From: a virus
Length of the DNA stretch: 64,000 nucleotides
IMG/VR virus record: IMGVR_UViG_3300036770_006434
Span: 96,001 to 160,000 of that record
Direction: 5' to 3' (one strand)
Below are positions 45,101 to 53,719 of the stretch, piece by piece (the stretch's first letter is position 1; every line of letters starts with the position of its first letter). A program made the position numbers and the translations under genes. Under the pieces are notes generated by a model, which was not told where the DNA came from, did no database searches, and saw only the letters and a list, made by a program, of their open reading frames with translations.

Positions 45101-47066
45101 CCCGCCGATGAAGCCGCCGGTAGCCTCGGGCTTTGTCGGATACAATGGCGGCGTCATATACAGTATAACCCCAAGCGTTCAGTATGACACTTCCGGCGTA
45201 TATCTTTGGGTCGATACAAGCCCGTCTTTCACGCCGTCTTTCTCGAATTTCGATTACGTTTCCACCAATCTGGCGGGCAACGCGGAGATAGCGCCACAAC
45301 AGGGAACGTTTTACACATGGTTCTCTCTGGTGGACACGTTTTCCACGGCCGGCAATGCGATTTATGGACCGATTTCCGGTAATGCCGAGGGGATGTTTCC
45401 CACGACATTTAGGGATATATCAACGGAAATCGCGGCAGCAGACGCTGCTGTATCGGGTGCCTTCAATCTGATTACGGGACAGATTACGGATTATATCAGA
45501 ATCATTTCCGGGGATGCCTTGCTCGCCATTGATTCGGTAAACGCCCTTAGCGGCCAAGTCACAGGACTTCCGGGTGTCGTAAATACCGCCCTCAACGTTC
45601 GGGTTGACAGTATCGTGGTTACGGCCAGCGGCTCTCTGTCCGAACAAATTGATGCGGTCCGCGCTATTACGGAGCTGACCGGACAACAGTTGACGGCGCA
45701 GGTTTCGACCGTTTCTACGGCCCTAACAAATAGCGGCGTTGCCCTTGGAACCAGAGTGGACACCGTTCAGGCGAACGTGAACAGTCTTTCGGGATACACC
45801 AACGCGAGAGTGGATACAGTCACAACCGCCCTCGCCACGACGGGCGGGTCTCTTGCATCTCAAATCACAGAGCTAAGCGCTTATACTACCGGTCAGAGTG
45901 CCTCTATCAAAATAGCCGCCGAAGCCTTTGTGACAGGAGACGTAAACGGTCTCGGCGGCGCGGCCAAAGCGTCTTGGGGTTTTGAGCTGAACGCCAACGG
46001 CAAGGTCACGAGCATGGTTGCGACCTCGTCCGATACCTATGGTCAACCGTCCAGCTTCGGCACCATCGCTTTTGGTAACGCGGACCTTGAGTCAAACGAT
46101 TATGATCCGGGCGTTACCGGGTGGCAGATCAGATATGATGGCTCAACTGAATTTAACGATATCCAAGCTCGCGGGACATTACAGTCCTATTCGTTTACCG
46201 CTGGGTCTGCCGGGTGGAGAGTTCAGTCCAATGGCAACGCGGAATTCAATGATATATCGGCCCGAGGAGCGTTTACGGGAGGAGCTAGCGCAAATCAAAC
46301 CGCTATTGACGGAAGAGGTTTGACGGTAGGAACGTCAAGCTATTTTACACAATTGGGTGGAGGAGATGGATTTTTGCGTTTGGCGACACCAATTGCAAAT
46401 ACGATTACATTAAGCACCATCAATAATGGAGGGGTATACGCAGGAGATATATCCCTTTACAGTGAGTCAAGTCCATCAACACCAACAATAAACCTAAACG
46501 GCTTTAACGGAACAATATTTGGCCAAAAGTTGACAATTGAATCAGGTTCCAACAACGGTTCAATTCCACAAAACTACTTAGCCAAGATAATCCACAAAAG
46601 CAATTCCACTAACCGTTACGGTCTTGCTGTAGCCACCAATTGGCAGGCTGCTGAAAATAAAATCTTTGTCGCTGGATCGTGCGATGCGTCGGCTGGCAAT
46701 TTCCTAGAACGTTTCACCATCTACGGTGAAGGCACCGTTACCAACTCCGGCACCATCAACGCCGCCTCATTCAATACCACCTCCTCAATCCGATACAAGG
46801 AAAATGTTCAAGATTTCGATAACGCTTTGGGCGTTGTGGAATCCCTCCGCGGCGTCACCTTCGATTGGAAAACTGGACACGTCACAACCGGCCACGACTT
46901 CGGGCTAATCGCCGAAGAGGTCGCCGCAGTGCTGCCAACCGCCGTTAGCCGCGACCCCGGCGGTCTAATCCGAGGCGTAGACTATGGCAGACTCAGCGCG
47001 GTTTTGATCGAGGCAGTTAAAGAACTCCATCATGAAGTGAAAGAACTTAGAAAAATAAAGGGGTAG
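42162..47066 (+). CDS. Central tail fibre/tail-tip protein, lambda gpJ-like, with a C-terminal peptidase S74 chaperone domain
   Basis: 'WDGTF...WTDNPAWIYYDILTN...DKWSLYKIAQYCD...EPRFTCN', 'FACTSRGQAYRLG', a fibronectin-like region, coiled-coil repeats, and 'SSIRYKENV...GLIAEEV...VDYGRL...EAVKEL'. Confidence 0.92.
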   Translation: MANQEAPNTLLSNGTLKILDLICEGPISGFVTKNGVYGSDPLVSTYYDDVQVRNLDGSYNYNVTGAGYSFNYTRGYSSQTGIEGFQKVEAVLPLSSNTRIANPPDGAGPFKPVIVAFNSNMFPDSDSIRVTVRVPALMAQDDDNNTNPFEIFYAVDISINNGAFVTVGNEFVRGKCTSAYQKSTQYQLPKTTPPSTFYDWKVRVRRVSQNILSIRTQNEIFVDSISVISTSLYAYPNSALVGTEINADQFSSIPSRAYEIAGLLVSVPSGYTPTQYGYDTTPFERICEFDQNNPNIGLTTQSESEMAGIVDGITITGSGIPPNTTVIDVSQEAPWAFAIDTLPLETGREIPITFFPTETVQTITPASYPAVWDGTFVTGVWTDNPAWIYYDILTNPVHGLGDYIQSSYVDKWSLYKIAQYCDAMVDDGAGGLEPRFTCNTVIKDPQDAYTVLLNLASTFRGMLYYTNGGIHASQNQDEPPVYAFNNANVIDGVFSYSDTARDARATVAKVKWVDPDNGYRENIEYIEDIDGILRYGYQEKEMTAFACTSRGQAYRLGSWTLQTERLLTETVTFQTSLEGVAVRPGDNFAVYDNFRNNRAQAGRITSFSPSRSLVYLDRSVAIEPDQVYSLSCIVPKYQLDGSGDVTGSSQIQFIRQSQVESFAVTTSATSGTDFLVIAGSFSTGLYPGSPFILAASGTGASILNRATFYTCLATAEVEAGKIEVLGLKADTGIQFSIQTGYTVVDWPENPGDIDTSILPPSNLFVTGVTGADLNNVFYSAIQLTWVNTPSANLGYYIVSGKEWDTSYERFTVSNTGFNFTRGDSGFYNFRVAAVSFGGVESDFITGGFLVSSQNPIGTLRALSGVRIQDNPDPLYVNSVTGYTGYIGINPGFQWASEEASNGLPIVDYQFISGYRVSAKSFDGATTYYTTDVSGRSNTSFQFTGNLLREFAGSPRGFDFRVQTIDLYGNVADGANIKVDNPPMKPPVASGFVGYNGGVIYSITPSVQYDTSGVYLWVDTSPSFTPSFSNFDYVSTNLAGNAEIAPQQGTFYTWFSLVDTFSTAGNAIYGPISGNAEGMFPTTFRDISTEIAAADAAVSGAFNLITGQITDYIRIISGDALLAIDSVNALSGQVTGLPGVVNTALNVRVDSIVVTASGSLSEQIDAVRAITELTGQQLTAQVSTVSTALTNSGVALGTRVDTVQANVNSLSGYTNARVDTVTTALATTGGSLASQITELSAYTTGQSASIKIAAEAFVTGDVNGLGGAAKASWGFELNANGKVTSMVATSSDTYGQPSSFGTIAFGNADLESNDYDPGVTGWQIRYDGSTEFNDIQARGTLQSYSFTAGSAGWRVQSNGNAEFNDISARGAFTGGASANQTAIDGRGLTVGTSSYFTQLGGGDGFLRLATPIANTITLSTINNGGVYAGDISLYSESSPSTPTINLNGFNGTIFGQKLTIESGSNNGSIPQNYLAKIIHKSNSTNRYGLAVATNWQAAENKIFVAGSCDASAGNFLERFTIYGEGTVTNSGTINAASFNTTSSIRYKENVQDFDNALGVVESLRGVTFDWKTGHVTTGHDFGLIAEEVAAVLPTAVSRDPGGLIRGVDYGRLSAVLIEAVKELHHEVKELRKIKG

Positions 47067-47072
47067 CAAGCC

Positions 47073-47591
47073 ATGGCGTCAAACCTAAAATACAACGGGA
47101 CAGACCTTGACGACCTTTTTAAGCCAATCGGGGACTTTCCCGAAAGTTCGGATACCAATTACAAGGTCGGTGGAACGGACATATTGAGTCGATACGCCCC
47201 GAGCCAAGTCGATAATGACAGGCTTCTTTACAATGTAGGTTTCAAGGTAAACGGAACCGATTTGTCGGACCTGTTTCGGGATTTCAACTGTCCAAACGTT
47301 ACCTTGGTCGGCCCCGATAGCGTCACAGCCGGCTCTTTCAACGGAGAATTTTGGTATTTTACAGGAGGGTCTCCGACCACGATTACGGGAGTTCGTTTTT
47401 ACATTGAAAATCATGGTCTAGGAAACTGGACATCCGTTTCGACCAACAGTTATTCCGGCGACGTTTTTTGGGTTGACCCTCTGGGCAATCCCTCCATCTC
47501 TAATACGCCGGGAAGTTATACCTATATTTTTGAAGCAATGGATTCAAACCATTTGGTCGGACACGACGAGATACAAGTATCCGTTTCTTAG
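47073..47591 (+). CDS. Tail-fibre-associated small protein
   Basis: Three repeats of the form '[YF]K[YV]xGTD[LI]xxx[FY]'; directly after J. Confidence 0.55.
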   Translation: MASNLKYNGTDLDDLFKPIGDFPESSDTNYKVGGTDILSRYAPSQVDNDRLLYNVGFKVNGTDLSDLFRDFNCPNVTLVGPDSVTAGSFNGEFWYFTGGSPTTITGVRFYIENHGLGNWTSVSTNSYSGDVFWVDPLGNPSISNTPGSYTYIFEAMDSNHLVGHDEIQVSVS

Positions 47592-47601
47592 CTAAAATTT
47601 T

Positions 47602-47829
47602 ATGAATCTAGACAAAAACACTCTTCAATCCAATCTCGACCGCCTTTCCCAAGACTTCGCATCCCTCCAAGCCGCAGTAAACGACCGCCAGAAGGAATTG
47701 GAGCAAATAGAAAAGCGCAAATCCCAGCTGATCGAAGAGATTATGCGGAACCAAGGCGCAATGGCCTATAACCGCGTTTTCGCGGAAAGCCTCGCCAAGG
47801 AGATGGACAAGGCGGTGCCAGCCCTTTGA
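47602..47829 (+). CDS. Small coiled-coil protein
   Basis: Heptad pattern; last rightward gene. Confidence 0.6.
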   Translation: MNLDKNTLQSNLDRLSQDFASLQAAVNDRQKELEQIEKRKSQLIEEIMRNQGAMAYNRVFAESLAKEMDKAVPAL

Positions 47830-49107
47830 TCAGGCGATTGTCACTGTCAGGTCCTGAGTGTCGGAACCGTCTGCGGCGATAATTCTGACCACCACGGTGC
47901 CAGCCGCATCCGTAACATAGACGTTATTGGCCGCCAAGAATGCGGGGCCGCTCAGAATTACCAGATAGCACGCTTGGTTCAGATCAAAGGTCAGCGGCGA
48001 AGAGCCGGATACATAGTCTACCTGCGGGAAAACGATAGAGGTATAGGACACCTGCTCCGAGAGAATGTAGAAATTCGGGTCAGCCACGCCCACTCGCGCA
48101 ATATCATTTATTTTCAACGACCAGCTGAATGACGCTTGAGCCACGCCTCCGCCGACGCCAATTCTGAACGAGGAACTGTCCAATTTGGCACCCCTGAATA
48201 GGAACGCGAAATCGTCCAGTCCGGCGCACCCGGATTTGAATCCCAACCTGAATGCATACCCGCTGTCCGGGCAATTCACACGGGTCAAAGCATCGTATTG
48301 AAACTGGGTTAACCGTCCCTCCGCCCGTATATTCACGTTTACGGGCCACTGGATCGGCCTTTCGTCGGGATAGGCCCACCCCAAATCCTTAACCTCGGCT
48401 CTCGGCAAATCCACCGTAAAGCCAAATGACTCTATGGGGCACGAGTTATTGCCGCTCAAAAGAGCGCCTACCGCGCTACCGGTGTCAAAAGTGAGCTGAA
48501 TAGCAGAGGGCGCGGCCTCAAAGTAGTTTGTGACAGATTGAGATGGAACCGGCAATGCGTATACCCCTGTTACGCCTATGCCGCTCTGTTTGTAGACAGC
48601 GGGAAGCACTTGGCCGCTCCCGCTGGGTTGTATAAGCAGGTTTAGACCGTCCAACGAGACGGATATAGCGCTGGGCTGCCCGACTGCGGCGCTAAAGTCG
48701 TAACGCGTAATCACCGCATTGCCGACCGCCATTACGCGGCAATCCGGGTCTATGTAACCCGCCGAATCCCGGCCATTCTGGTTTATCAGCAGGTAGTAGT
48801 TTCTCTCCTGATTAAGTCCTGCAATAGCGGAAACGGTGCCGGACGGAGACGATACAAAGCCTATGCTTGTTTCATTTACCCCTGACCCGAATATCCAAGA
48901 CAAATCCACGGTGGCCCGGGGTCTTTGGATCATCTGGCGGTCCCCGCCGCCGTCCCAGTAAAAATTATCCTCCCTAGGATAGATCAGAGCCACATCCGCG
49001 TTGGTCACCCCCTGCAACGTCTGCGTCGCCAACTCCTCAAATGCGGGCGAGTAAGGGCTGGTCGAACCGACCAAAGCGGAAACGACGTTGAATTGGAAGG
49101 CGCTCAC
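47830..49107 (-). CDS. Third tail-tube paralog, located at the end of the head operon
   Basis: 'VDLSWIF...RNYYLLINQNGRD...VMAVGNAVITRYDFSAAVGQP' versus 28162's 'MDLSWNV...KNYFLAISQQGID...VLAVGNGFISNYTFNAAVGQV'. Confidence 0.75.
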   Translation of the reverse strand: MSAFQFNVVSALVGSTSPYSPAFEELATQTLQGVTNADVALIYPREDNFYWDGGGDRQMIQRPRATVDLSWIFGSGVNETSIGFVSSPSGTVSAIAGLNQERNYYLLINQNGRDSAGYIDPDCRVMAVGNAVITRYDFSAAVGQPSAISVSLDGLNLLIQPSGSGQVLPAVYKQSGIGVTGVYALPVPSQSVTNYFEAAPSAIQLTFDTGSAVGALLSGNNSCPIESFGFTVDLPRAEVKDLGWAYPDERPIQWPVNVNIRAEGRLTQFQYDALTRVNCPDSGYAFRLGFKSGCAGLDDFAFLFRGAKLDSSSFRIGVGGGVAQASFSWSLKINDIARVGVADPNFYILSEQVSYTSIVFPQVDYVSGSSPLTFDLNQACYLVILSGPAFLAANNVYVTDAAGTVVVRIIAADGSDTQDLTVTIA

Positions 49108-49110
49108 GAA

Positions 49111-49581
49111 TTAGGGGCTGGGCCAAGCGGGGAGGCTGGCGGCGTCCACCGAAACAGTGAGAGTGTGTCCCAGCTTCCAATTCGCGATGGCGATGTGCAT
49201 CTCTTCCTCGGCCCCTTTGTGAAGATTCATATAAGCCTTGGAAATATCGGCTGGATTGGCGCGAGTAACCTTACTGTCCCCTTCACTCATAGAAACCCAG
49301 AGTAACCCGCCACCAGCCAATACCTGCTGCGCTTGCTTTCGATAGTATTCTTTTTGATACAGGAGCCCGTAAATAGCAGCCTCAGAATCCCCGAAGCCAC
49401 CGCTGATACACCCGCCGCTGTAAAAGAAGTCTGTGGTCAACTTGTTGTTTAAGTCTCCCAAAGAAGTGCTAGATGTAATCCACCCAGAGATGAACGCCAC
49501 CGAAAGACTGGTCGGAGAATTGATGTCGTCATATATCCCGGAAGCCAGCGCGAGAATGTCGTTTGTGCAGTAAGCGGACAT
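49111..49581 (-). CDS. Putative head-tail adaptor
   Basis: Helical 156-aa protein with 'WVSMSEGDSKVTR' (adaptor-like); downstream of the capsid genes. Confidence 0.5.
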   Translation of the reverse strand: MSAYCTNDILALASGIYDDINSPTSLSVAFISGWITSSTSLGDLNNKLTTDFFYSGGCISGGFGDSEAAIYGLLYQKEYYRKQAQQVLAGGGLLWVSMSEGDSKVTRANPADISKAYMNLHKGAEEEMHIAIANWKLGHTLTVSVDAASLPAWPSP

Positions 49582-49643
49582 GGTAAGAATATGAAATAAA
49601 AGGTTTTGGGTATCTGGCCCGAAAGGCAGACTATACCCTGTAA

Positions 49644-49650
49644 GTTACAC
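49644..49650 (-). promoter_or_regulatory. Putative late promoter -10 element GTGTAAC
   Basis: TAA 15 nt upstream; 62 nt before ATG 49581. Confidence 0.5.
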
Positions 49651-49677
49651 TGGATTCGCGGCTGGTTAGCCGCAAAA

Positions 49678-50049
49678 TCACCGGCCCCTCTGCATAATCA
49701 GAGCCGCGCGCTCCTCTACCGAGAGGTCTCCCTCGTCCTTTTTGCCTTCATCCCGAGCTTTGAGATAGGCGTCCCGTTCATGGGGATTCTCTTGCAGGAA
49801 CTTTCTCTCAAGCCGATCAATCATGATATCCTTGGTCGCGCCGGCCGGCACGCCGATTGTAAATCCATGGTCATGAAGTTCCAACAGATTCATGGACCTG
49901 ATCTTGCTCTGGTAGGCGGCGAATGTTTTTTCCCAGTAGGATACATTCTTGATTCCGGCCAACTCGTAAACCGAGCGAAACGGTTTCAAGGACCCGTCAG
50001 CCACAGTGGCGGACCCAATGTCGATAGTTTTCTTAGATTTCCGTGCCAT
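49678..50049 (-). CDS. Hypothetical late protein
   Basis: MARKSKK...; preceded by the variant AAA-N15-GTGTAAT at 50096-50102. Confidence 0.65.
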   Translation of the reverse strand: MARKSKKTIDIGSATVADGSLKPFRSVYELAGIKNVSYWEKTFAAYQSKIRSMNLLELHDHGFTIGVPAGATKDIMIDRLERKFLQENPHERDAYLKARDEGKKDEGDLSVEERAALIMQRGR

Positions 50050-50136
50050 ATTGTAATGCTTGTTTTCCGCCGGACGATTTGTGCCGGCAAAGGGCATTAC
50101 ACAGGAAATGGGAGAAGTTTTGGATAAATATGAAAT

Positions 50137-51084
50137 TTATGCCGCCTTTAACCTGTAGCATCTTGGAGAAAGGTCTCTTTCTGGATGGATAATGTTGCCA
50201 TTTTGGTCAAATTTAAGCAAAAACTCATCCTTGAACACTTCTGGCCTGATATCTTTTTTGCGCTTTACGTTTTTCAGTATCTCTTCATTTTCCCATTTTC
50301 TCTTGAACTTTGGGGTTGGAAGCGACTTGAAGAAGTCGAACATATGGACGCAACGATTGCCCGTTACCATATAAGACCAACATTCCTTGTCTTTTATCTT
50401 TACAACATTGGCCTTAAATGGATTTTTTTCTGATCCAAAATGCGCGTCAACAAACGATTTGATCCACTCTAAAATTTCTTTAGACGCAGAAGATATGCTT
50501 ATAGACGAACTTTTTTCGGTAAAAGATATAGAGCCATCTCCATCAAGATAGCCCAAGATAAAACACGCCTTCAACAAATCTCTATCAAGATTTGGTGGCG
50601 CAATCCTGTAGGTTTTTTGAGGAAACAGATTGAAGTTTTTATACATATCCTGATTCCATTTTTCAGCTGAATTTATCTGCAACTGGACGATGTCTCCGCC
50701 ACCAAATAGACTATGTTGTTTGTATATTCTTGTTTCACCTGTAAATTCACAATGTTTTATAAAATTATCAATTTCTTTTTTATCTTTATGATTAAGCGTT
50801 ATTGCGATAAAATTGTTTTCCCAATTAACCGTTCCATCAGCGGCCCAAAGACCCGCATAGTAGCTGTTGATAGGATTTGGAACTGCCCAAAAATCTTCGT
50901 TTTTGGAGTATTTCCTTAGTTCAAATTGCGATTTCAAACCTAGTCTACCAGCCTGAAGGCAAACGGAGTCCCTGCTTCGCCCCAAAATCATTCCAATAAT
51001 AGCGAAAGTTGCAAAGCCCTCTTTGAGCAATGCTTCTAGCGTGATAATCTCTTCAATAGTCCACTTTTTTCTTTTGTGTCCCAT
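50137..51084 (-). CDS. Free-standing double-motif LAGLIDADG homing endonuclease
   Basis: 'SYYAGLWAADGTV' and 'CFILGYLDGDGSI'; strongly AT-rich; inserted after the MCP terminator. Confidence 0.88.
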   Translation of the reverse strand: MGHKRKKWTIEEIITLEALLKEGFATFAIIGMILGRSRDSVCLQAGRLGLKSQFELRKYSKNEDFWAVPNPINSYYAGLWAADGTVNWENNFIAITLNHKDKKEIDNFIKHCEFTGETRIYKQHSLFGGGDIVQLQINSAEKWNQDMYKNFNLFPQKTYRIAPPNLDRDLLKACFILGYLDGDGSISFTEKSSSISISSASKEILEWIKSFVDAHFGSEKNPFKANVVKIKDKECWSYMVTGNRCVHMFDFFKSLPTPKFKRKWENEEILKNVKRKKDIRPEVFKDEFLLKFDQNGNIIHPERDLSPRCYRLKAA

Positions 51085-51114
51085 AGTGTATATAATAGTA
51101 ATGTGTTAAATCAT

Positions 51115-51143
51115 AAAATAAAAGCCACCCCGAAGGGTGGCTT
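51115..51143 (-). terminator. Intrinsic terminator after the major capsid gene
   Basis: AAGCCACCC-TTCG-GGGTGGCTT followed by a T-rich tail (UUCG tetraloop). Confidence 0.9.
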
Positions 51144-51161
51144 GAACTTGTTTAAGTGGAC

Positions 51162-52280
51162 TTACCAGACTAGGGCGCAAAGACCCTTGCCATCAATGCC
51201 CACGCGACCTTCGCGCTTTTTAGCGTAGAAGCCGATTTCCTCGGCGCGGTTGCTGAACTGGTTATCTGCAAGGACGCGCATTTGTGAGCCATCGTCCGGA
51301 TTGCTCTCGGACAGAACGGCCAGACTCTTGACGCGCTTGTTGACCGCATACACGACCTGCTCGGAGCCGGGCGAGAAAGCGACCGCAGTGCCGTTATTGT
51401 AACCGGCATACGTGCGGGCACCAGCCGCGCTGGCGAACAGGATGTTATACGTTTCGTTGATACCCATGTTATACACGGTGACCAACTCCATGCCGTAGAT
51501 CGAGGGGTTCGGAGCGGCGTAGATGTCGTCACGGAACTTGTCCGAACCCGGGATGCGGGTAACGGTGTTGCCAACCGTATTCAGGGGCTCGAACGCCATG
51601 TTGCGGATTTGCTCACCGAACTCCGGCGAACCGACCAGCGTGGTGATCGAACGCGAGGCACCGGCAGGCGTGCCGCCAACCCACGAGGAGTTGATGCGAG
51701 CCATGATGCGCTCAAGAGCGCTGATGTCCTGAGGGACAACCGTGCCCTGCGTTTTCGAGCGATACACCTGATAGGTGTCCGTGCCACGCAGCTTGTAGGT
51801 CGTCTGGGCGGTCATGGTCGAGAGGATCGCGGCAGAGTTGACTTCCGTCTTGACGAGGAAGTTCTGGGCGAGATGCTCAAGATAGGCGGCCAGAACGTCC
51901 ACGCGAGCGGCGCGGATGAAGTTCAGGGGCAGAGCGACGGCACCTTCGATGCCATAGGTCATGACCGGCATCTCGGACACGTCAACGTTCGTGGAGGTCG
52001 CGAGACCACCCGGACGGGACTGCGCCCAAGTGCGGACGAAACCGGCGTCTTTGATGTCAAACAGCGGGGCCAGCGGGATCGTGCTCGGCGTGCCGTAGTC
52101 GTAGGTATAAGGGGTGAAGAGCTGCTGGAGAACCGGCGCGCTTTCAATCACCTGAAGGATGGGCTCGGTGATGTAGGCCGCGAAAGCGTTGCGCGCTTTG
52201 ATGGCTTCCATGATGTCATCCGACGCCATGGCGCGGAGAAGCGCCGCATTCTTTTTGGTCTTCTGGATTTCGATATTCAT
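51162..52280 (-). CDS. Major capsid protein
   Basis: 372 aa, strong codon bias, position after the protease/scaffold and decoration genes, strong terminator, AGAAAGGAA upstream. Confidence 0.8.
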   Translation of the reverse strand: MNIEIQKTKKNAALLRAMASDDIMEAIKARNAFAAYITEPILQVIESAPVLQQLFTPYTYDYGTPSTIPLAPLFDIKDAGFVRTWAQSRPGGLATSTNVDVSEMPVMTYGIEGAVALPLNFIRAARVDVLAAYLEHLAQNFLVKTEVNSAAILSTMTAQTTYKLRGTDTYQVYRSKTQGTVVPQDISALERIMARINSSWVGGTPAGASRSITTLVGSPEFGEQIRNMAFEPLNTVGNTVTRIPGSDKFRDDIYAAPNPSIYGMELVTVYNMGINETYNILFASAAGARTYAGYNNGTAVAFSPGSEQVVYAVNKRVKSLAVLSESNPDDGSQMRVLADNQFSNRAEEIGFYAKKREGRVGIDGKGLCALVW

Positions 52281-52316
52281 TGTAGAGTATTTCCTTTCTT
52301 AGGGTAGAGGTTAGAG

Positions 52317-52994
52317 TTAGGCTTGGGGGCTGAACTCGAAGAACGCGTAACCGCCCTGAGCCGAGAACTCGTTAGCAACACCCGTGTTGGTGGAAGTCGG
52401 GAGGGACGACAGCCACTTGCCAACCACGCTGTTAGGCGTGTAGATGGACGTGAGAGTCGGGACTCCGGAAGCGCTGAAGAGCGTGCTGGTCGGTGCGATA
52501 GCGCCGAGCGTGCCGTTACCCGAGCGCGAGATAACCACGAGGTGGCCGGGCTGAGGAGCACCGAGCGACGTGTCGATGTAGTTACCCCAAACGCCGAGGA
52601 TGGTGGCCTTGTTGATGATCGGCACGGTCTCGCCGGAAACCACGGCACCAATCTGCTTGGCGCGTTCCGGCATATACTTCAGGGGCATGCCGTTTTCGTC
52701 GTATTCCAGCGTCGAGAGTTTCGTGATACCGAGAGCGTTGAAGCGGGTATCGCCCGAAGCGGTCGGGGTAACCTTCCAAAGGGTCTCGTAGCGGAAGCTC
52801 TGGGCACCGTTGTAGTTGACACCAACCGGCGAAGAGCCGAACGCGTCAGTCTGGGTAGACTGCGGATTGGCCGTGCCGGTAACGATTTTGACGAGCTGGC
52901 CGGCGAGACCGGTGCCGTCCAACGAATAGAGCGACACTTGATCGTGCTCGCTGTAATCGTGGTAGGGGTGGAGGCGATTGCGAATAGTAGGCAT
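52317..52994 (-). CDS. Putative capsid decoration/cement protein
   Basis: Beta-rich 225-aa protein with high codon bias between scaffold and MCP; CAGGAG RBS. Confidence 0.6.
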   Translation of the reverse strand: MPTIRNRLHPYHDYSEHDQVSLYSLDGTGLAGQLVKIVTGTANPQSTQTDAFGSSPVGVNYNGAQSFRYETLWKVTPTASGDTRFNALGITKLSTLEYDENGMPLKYMPERAKQIGAVVSGETVPIINKATILGVWGNYIDTSLGAPQPGHLVVISRSGNGTLGAIAPTSTLFSASGVPTLTSIYTPNSVVGKWLSSLPTSTNTGVANEFSAQGGYAFFEFSPQA

Positions 52995-53038
52995 GTTTTA
53001 TTTCTCCTGAAGAGATGGTTGTTCTTTGTTAAGAGGGA

Positions 53039-53719
53039 TTATTCTTGGGGTTCTTTGGCGGCCTTATCAGCGCGGCGGTCCTTGACGGAACGCCCACCAA
53101 CCTTAATCGTGCCGTCAAACGCTTCGGCGAGGGCGGTCTTCAAATCGACCGCGACCTGAGCTTGACCGACCGGAATCTGGGTCTGGCCCGGGATTTCCGT
53201 GACGGAGGCGATGGCCTCGGCGACCGGGACTTCCTGCTTGGCGGCCATAGCGGGCTTGACCGGGGCTACGGGAGCCATGGCTTTGCCCTTTTTCTTGCCG
53301 CACATGAGTTTGCCCATTTTCTTCTGATAAGCGGCGAACGCTTCATCATCGGGCAGGCTCTGGAGGTCGGAAGCCAGCATTTGGCGGTCTTCGTCATCCA
53401 GATCGAACTCTTCGTCAAAAGCGGCCATGCGCTCTTGGAATTTTTGGGTGGCTTCGGCGGCGGCCTGAGACGACTTCAGGTCCTCAACCTCTTTCTTGAC
53501 GCCGTCAAGCGAGGCTTGCAGTTCGCTCGCGCGCTGCTCGGCTTCGGCCTTGGCTTTTTCGAGATTTTGGACGATGTTCTTTTCGGCCGCGAGTTTTTGC
53601 TCCCAATCGGAAGTGCCTTTTTGAATGGCGTTGACAAAGTCTTCCACAGCGGCGACGGATTCCATTTTGCGGAGTTCCGGCCAGAGGGACTTGAGTTGAT
53701 CCAGTGATTCGATCTTCAT
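53039..53719 (-). CDS. Putative nested, separately expressed scaffold protein (in-frame internal start)
   Basis: In-frame ATG 53719 (MKIESL...) 16 nt downstream of an intragenic GTGTAAC (53736-53742); the product is a pure coiled coil. Confidence 0.55.
   Translation of the reverse strand: MKIESLDQLKSLWPELRKMESVAAVEDFVNAIQKGTSDWEQKLAAEKNIVQNLEKAKAEAEQRASELQASLDGVKKEVEDLKSSQAAAEATQKFQERMAAFDEEFDLDDEDRQMLASDLQSLPDDEAFAAYQKKMGKLMCGKKKGKAMAPVAPVKPAMAAKQEVPVAEAIASVTEIPGQTQIPVGQAQVAVDLKTALAEAFDGTIKVGGRSVKDRRADKAAKEPQE

Noticed and set aside
46090-46270. Diversity-generating retroelement template/variable repeat in J
   Set aside because: The repeat is an adjacent in-frame protein-level duplication whose differences are not restricted to adenines, and no reverse transcriptase is present in the window.
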